A stretch of DNA of 64,000 nucleotides from Pseudomonadales bacterium (GTDB taxonomy: Bacteria; Pseudomonadota; Gammaproteobacteria; Pseudomonadales; Azotimanducaceae): positions 25,857-89,856 of the forward strand of contig JAGWBM010000029.1 of assembly GCA_021295895.1 (NCBI GenBank). The letters run 5' to 3'. The notes under the pieces were generated by a model. The model worked only from the letters and a program-made list of their open reading frames with translations. It searched no databases and had not been told where the DNA came from. Below, piece after piece: positions 59,813 to 64,000 of this stretch (position 1 is the stretch's first letter; the number at the start of each line of letters is the position of its first letter). A program made the position numbers and the translations under genes.

Positions 59813-60417
59813 GCGCGTTCGCAACCACCATCGACCGTGCACGCGCCGAACTCGCGGCCAATCCGCGCCTGCGCCTCGGCGTCTGGCTGATCGTTGGGAT
59901 CCTCGCCGGCTACTTCGCTTTTGTCATCCAGGCGGACCGGGTCGATGCCATCGCAACGGACTACGCGGTTGCCGACGCCCGGTTAAGCCGGGGCCGGGAC
60001 CTGCTCGCCCGTCAGGACTGGGCCGAACGCCTTGCCGCCGCCCGCGCCACCGAAACGAATCTGCAAGGCAGATTTTGGCGCGCCGCGAACGAGGGCCTGG
60101 CGCAGGCGCGACTACGCAACGTGGTGGATGAACTGATGGCCAAGCTCTACCTCGCCCAACCGCGTGCGGACCTGGGTTTGAGCCGCGCCCTCCCGGATGT
60201 ACCGAGACTCTGGCAGGTGCAGGCCCGGATCTACGGCCAGGGCCGGACCCCATCCATACTTCGGTTGCTGCACAGGATCGCCAACCATCCGAACAAGATC
60301 GTTGTGGAGCGGGTCGAGTTGACTCGCGGCGAAGGGAGCATCCAGGTGGACCTGCTGATATCCGGCTACTTCCTCATTGACGAGCGACGCGATGGCATCC
60401 CCGGGGCAGAGGGTTGA
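59809..60417 (+). CDS. gspM: GspM/XpsM-like protein
   Basis: GTGA overlap with the gspL stop. 202 aa. N-terminal TM (LGVWLIVGILAGYFAFVI) plus a periplasmic domain. Call based on synteny. Confidence 0.55.
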   Translation: MSAFATTIDRARAELAANPRLRLGVWLIVGILAGYFAFVIQADRVDAIATDYAVADARLSRGRDLLARQDWAERLAAARATETNLQGRFWRAANEGLAQARLRNVVDELMAKLYLAQPRADLGLSRALPDVPRLWQVQARIYGQGRTPSILRLLHRIANHPNKIVVERVELTRGEGSIQVDLLISGYFLIDERRDGIPGAEG

Positions 60418-60422
60418 CACCT

Positions 60423-60947
60423 ATGAAGCGTGCTTTGCAAATCTCCACGAATCCGGCCGGTTACCTTCGCCACCCCGCCTTCCCCGTTCTCCTGGCCGCG
60501 CTGGCCTTCGGCCTCATCGGTTTGGGTCTGCCGCCCCGTTCGGCCGACGCGGGAGTCGGCCCGGTCTTGGGCGGTACGGACTCGACGGCGCAACTCGCTC
60601 CCGCCGAGGATCCCGACGCCTTCCGAACGATGTCCCGGTGGGGGACCGACATTCAGAGCGTCGAGAACGACCGCTCGGAAACCGACGACCAACTCGCGTC
60701 GGGACTGAACCCCGAACTCGTCAAGCTCGGCTTCATCGGCCTAACCCTCACTACCGACGAAGACGCCGTTATGCTGACCCATCCGGATGGCCGCACGGTC
60801 CGGCTGACGGGCGGCGACTCCCTGCCGGATGGCCGCACCCTGGTGTTGGTGACGGACAACGCCCTGACCCTCGAGGACGACAAGGGGCAACGGGAGACGT
60901 TGGTCCTGTTCCCGCGCCTCGCGGAATCGGAAACAAACGACGAGTAG
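60423..60947 (+). CDS. XpsN/GspC-like (PilP-like beta-domain) secretin-linking protein
   Basis: ATG 60423 (TTG 60414 overlaps the gspM stop). TM FPVLLAALAFGLIGLGL. C-terminal small beta-domain VKLGFIGLTLTTDEDAVMLTHPDGRTVRLTGGDSLPDGRTLVLV. Lies immediately upstream of the secretin gene, as in xpsN-xpsD. Confidence 0.5.
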   Translation: MKRALQISTNPAGYLRHPAFPVLLAALAFGLIGLGLPPRSADAGVGPVLGGTDSTAQLAPAEDPDAFRTMSRWGTDIQSVENDRSETDDQLASGLNPELVKLGFIGLTLTTDEDAVMLTHPDGRTVRLTGGDSLPDGRTLVLVTDNALTLEDDKGQRETLVLFPRLAESETNDE

Positions 60948-61026
60948 ACGAGTAAATGTACAAGGAACCGATCCGCCCGTTGCAGGGTCTGACTTGGACG
61001 GGTCGGAAGGAAAGGAGGTGGATTCC

Positions 61027-63055
61027 ATGACCTATACGCCATTACCCCGATGCCGCCCGCCGCCGGCGACCGCCGCGATGCTGGCGTTGTTTGCCCTGGG
61101 CATGGCCGGTTGCTCGAGCCTGAGCGTCGAACCCTTCCCGGAACCGCTGAGTGCCACACCCTTGGCACCGGAGGACGAGGTGCTGCTATCCGGTGGTGAT
61201 GAAGGAGCGGATCCCACCGCACCCACCGTCACCCGCGCCCCGGGTGTGCCAATCGGCCCGACGGTTGCCGAGGGAACCGCCGACGACCTAGGCCAAGACC
61301 TCACCGGCGATCCCATCGAGGAGGTGGCCTTCAACAACGCGCCGCTCCCCATCTTCATCGACGCGCTCTTCAACGAGATCCTCGGACTCTCGTTCGTCGT
61401 CTCGCCTGACCTGCGCGACACGACCGATCTCGTCACGTTGCGCATCGCCGAGCCGATAACCCCGAGCCAGCTATTCACGACGGCCCGGCGGGTCCTGGAG
61501 GAACACTACGGCGTGCGTATCCGTGCCGACGACGATGGCATCCTGACCTTCGAGCCCACCGACGAGATCGCCGCCAGCGGGATTCCCCTGCTCATCAGCG
61601 GCCGGACGCGCCCGGAAGTGCCTGCGACGCACCGTACGGTGTTCCAGATCGTCCACCTCAAGGTGATGTCGCCCAACGATGTCGCCAGCCTCCTGCGGCG
61701 TCTGTTGGGCGGTGTCGAGCTCGAGTTCGAGGAATACCCGCTGCTGGGTGCGGTCCTGCTCAAGGGGAACCTCTCGTCCATCGACCGGGCGGTGGCCATC
61801 ATCGAGGTCCTTGACCAACCCCGACTCAGCGGTCGCCACGGCCTCGTCATCGAACCTGTCTTCCTCGACGTCGCCGAGTTGGCGACCGACTTGAACGAAG
61901 TCCTCCGATCCCAAGGCTATAGCTCGCGGGTGGGCTATTCCGACCTTTCGGGTGCCATCGTGCTACTTCCCCTGAGGAGCGCGAACAAGCTCGTGGTCTT
62001 CGCGGTCGACCCGGCCATCCTCCCCCGCGTGGAGGAGTGGGCCGAGGTCATGGATGCCGAGCGTGAAGCCGCCGTGGAGGACGTTCAAGAACACCCTGGC
62101 GGAGGATCTGATCGAGACCCTGAACCAGGTCTTGAGCATCGAGGGCGCCGAGGAAGGGGAGGACGGTGCGGGGGAACGACGCCAGCGGCGTCGGTCGGGT
62201 ACTCAACTTGTGTACGAGAAGAGCCGGAACGCCGTGCTCTACCGGGGCAACGGCAAGGATTGGGCGCGGATCCGCATTCTGATCGACAAGCTCGACAAAC
62301 CCGTTCCCCAGGTCTTGATCGAAGTGCTGCTCGCCGAAGTCACCCTGAGCGGCCAGGAGGAGTCCGGCATCGAGTACCTCGCCAACCTCGGCATCGGCAG
62401 CCGGGGCATCGACGCCCAACTCACCTCGGGCGGGCTATCCATGGCCCTCGATGGCGCCGGCGAGACGAGGGCCCTGCTGCGCCTCGCCTACGAGGACAAC
62501 CGCGTGGCGATCCGCTCCCTGCCGCGGCTCGTCGTCAAGAGCGGGGAATCCGGCAACATCTTCGCGGGATCGCAGGTGCCGATCCTGTCCCAGCGCGCGG
62601 AGGGCGTCCAGGTGGAGGGGTCCACCAGCATCGTCCAGCAGATCCAGTACCGCAACACCGGGGTTACCTTGGACATCACCCCGATCGTCCAGGCCAATGG
62701 GCTCGTCGATCTCGAGATCAGCCAGACCTTCAGCGAGACCCGGGCCGCCGGCGCCGCGAGCCTGACGCCGACGATTCTCAGCCGCAATCTCGCCACCAGC
62801 ATGACGCTGCGCGACGGTCAATCCGTCATCATGGGCGGCCTGATCTCCGACACCCAGAGCCAAGGCCATTCCGGCGTGCCCGGCCTCGGTCGGATTCCCG
62901 TCGTGGGCCGCCTGTTTCGGGCCGACTCGTTTCAAAAAGACCGTACCGAACTCGTCGTGATGGTGATACCCTATGTCATTGCTGACCATCGTCAGGGCCG
63001 AGAGCTAACCGAGCAGATAAAGTCGCAGCTTGAACTGCACCGACGTTTCCTGTAG
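61027..63055 (+). pseudogene. gspD: T2SS secretin GspD/XpsD with lipoprotein-type signal, interrupted by a +1 frameshift near 62075-62085
   Basis: ATG 61027 lies 7 nt after AAGGAGGTG. LALFALGMAGC lipobox-like signal. N0-N2 domains are in frame 1 (ORF 60994..62985, sense until about 62080). N3 (TFKNTLAEDLIETLNQVL) and the secretin domain (QVLIEVLLAEVTL...GVPGLGRIPVVGRLF) are in frame 2 (ORF 62054..63055). The span is 2029 nt. Confidence 0.8.
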
Positions 63056-63221
63056 AAAGGCGCGGATAGGGGCTTTCGAGCGGTGCGGATTGGCCAAAAA
63101 AAGTGTTGCCAACCCGCTAAATGCGTGGCTAAATCTCGCTAGCTCAGTGGCGTGGGGGGGAATCCCCGCCCGGGTCATAGGCTCTATGGCAGTGAATGTT
63201 AGGAAGACTTGGAGTTAAACA

Positions 63222-63872
63222 ATGCTCTGCAAAAGAACCATGAGGGCTGCTCTGGCCCCTGTGATCGGGCTCTTCGGGGTGCTGCTCGCGATGTCGGCTG
63301 GTGCCGCAATCGATCTGGGTGAGCGGCAAGGATTCATTTCCGTTAACCCGCCGAACTTCGATCAGAACCCGCCGAACCGCTATGCCGCCGAGACGATTTC
63401 GATCGCCCAGTGTCAAAGGCAAGGTGCCCGATGCGCGGCATACCGGGTTGCGGCCACGGTCGGTGCCTTGAGGCTCACCGCGACGACGGACATCCTGCTG
63501 CCGACTGGCACGCAGTACTACGTCCGGTACAACTTTACCGGCGGCTGGTTTGCGACCGACTTGGTCTCTGGGACCAGTCCGGACGTTAGCGACCTTGACG
63601 TCACCCCGGCCGGGGGTAGCGAGACGGGGACGACTGCGGTCGCCTACCGGGGAGAAGCCGACGACAATACGGTCATCTTTCAGTTGGCAGCAGACCTTGA
63701 ACTCCCCAAGGGATCGATGTTCGAGCTAGACCTGTCCGGGATGGCCGACGACGTGAGCACTGAAAACGTCAACGAGCTTCTGGGGAACTTCAACATCACG
63801 GGTACTGGCAGTGCCACGGCGCCGGTGCCGTCGATGAGAGCGGTGCCCTGTTCGAAGCAGGCCCCGCCGTGA
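63222..63872 (+). CDS. Hypothetical secreted protein (signal peptide)
   Basis: 216 aa. MRAALAPVIGLFGVLLAMSAGAA signal. Thr/Gly/Asp-rich mature part. Preceded by a lower-GC spacer and a TTGGAG SD-like element. Confidence 0.55.
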   Translation: MLCKRTMRAALAPVIGLFGVLLAMSAGAAIDLGERQGFISVNPPNFDQNPPNRYAAETISIAQCQRQGARCAAYRVAATVGALRLTATTDILLPTGTQYYVRYNFTGGWFATDLVSGTSPDVSDLDVTPAGGSETGTTAVAYRGEADDNTVIFQLAADLELPKGSMFELDLSGMADDVSTENVNELLGNFNITGTGSATAPVPSMRAVPCSKQAPP

Positions 63873-64000
63873 TCATCCAGGTCGATCGGGTCGTAGGGGC
63901 AGACGTCGAGCCGATGGTGGATGTTGCCTACGTCAGTACTTTGGATACCGATGGCGGTCCGTTCCGTCGGTTCCTGCCGAACGGCATGGGCGGCAAGGAT
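63869..64000 (+). CDS. Hypothetical protein, 5' part (runs off the window)
   Basis: GTG 63869 in a GTGA overlap with the preceding stop. The open frame VIIQVDRVVGADVEPMVDVAYVSTLDTDGGPFRRFLPNGMGGKD continues to the window end. It could instead be the same gene continued after a frameshift. Confidence 0.35.
   Translation, partial: MIIQVDRVVGADVEPMVDVAYVSTLDTDGGPFRRFLPNGMGGKD

Noticed and set aside
60994-61026. TTG 60994 as the gspD start
   Set aside because: ATG 61027 is preceded at ideal distance by AAGGAGGTG, which lies inside the putative extension. The signal peptide begins after 61027.
62040-62090. Programmed ribosomal frameshifting to explain the gspD split (and likewise the crotonase split at about 40500)
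   Set aside because: No slippery heptamer (X XXY YYZ) or downstream pseudoknot-like structure is evident at either site. A simple indel is the more economical explanation.
63136-63185. tRNA-like fragment (GCTAGCTCAGTGG...GGGGGGGAATCCCCGCCC)
   Set aside because: Only a D-arm-like string is present. No acceptor stem, anticodon arm or T-arm (GTTCGAATC-type) could be folded. No tRNA or tmRNA gene is supported anywhere in the window.

Overview
Visibly GC-rich gammaproteobacterial chromosomal segment (GC not computed). Positions 1-40,000 are a dense, syntenic housekeeping block in which I found no disrupted gene: cysDN, gatCAB, mreBCD-rng-yhdP-tldD-pmbA, comEA, the gyrA-serC-pheA-hisC-tyrA-cmk-rpsA-ihfB-lapA supraoperon, mtaD-ubiG-yciK, rluB, scpBA-trpS, yciO, yheS, a hydrolase and a DUF418 membrane protein. 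Positions 40,000-64,000 are accessory and partly decayed. They hold a frameshifted crotonase, a rubrerythrin / CCG Fe-S protein / DUF3501 / M28-like cluster, and a 2.7-kb modular surface-protein pseudogene that is 5'-truncated and multiply frameshifted. Next come a 290-bp composite tandem repeat array beside a long Y1 (HUH) RAYT/IS200-like transposase gene, and a translationally coupled ybdL-yafV-cytochrome c operon. The block ends with an Xps-type type II secretion operon (E-F-G-H-I-J-K-L-M-N-D) followed by a signal-peptide protein. Two GTAG-headed REP hairpin families, usually paired as A-spacer-B doublets, sit at 12 or more intergenic loci and have entered the T2SS operon at three junctions. 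There they stay in open reading frames continuous with or coupled to the flanking genes. The T2SS also has an unresolved gspG start, a C7 tract at the gspJ start and a frameshifted lipo-secretin gene. No rRNA, tRNA, CRISPR array, integrase or prophage was recognised. The most novel-looking items are the repeat array / Y1 transposase / dispersed 14-mer family and the interplay between REPs and the T2SS operon. All homology calls come from reading the translations, not from database searches.
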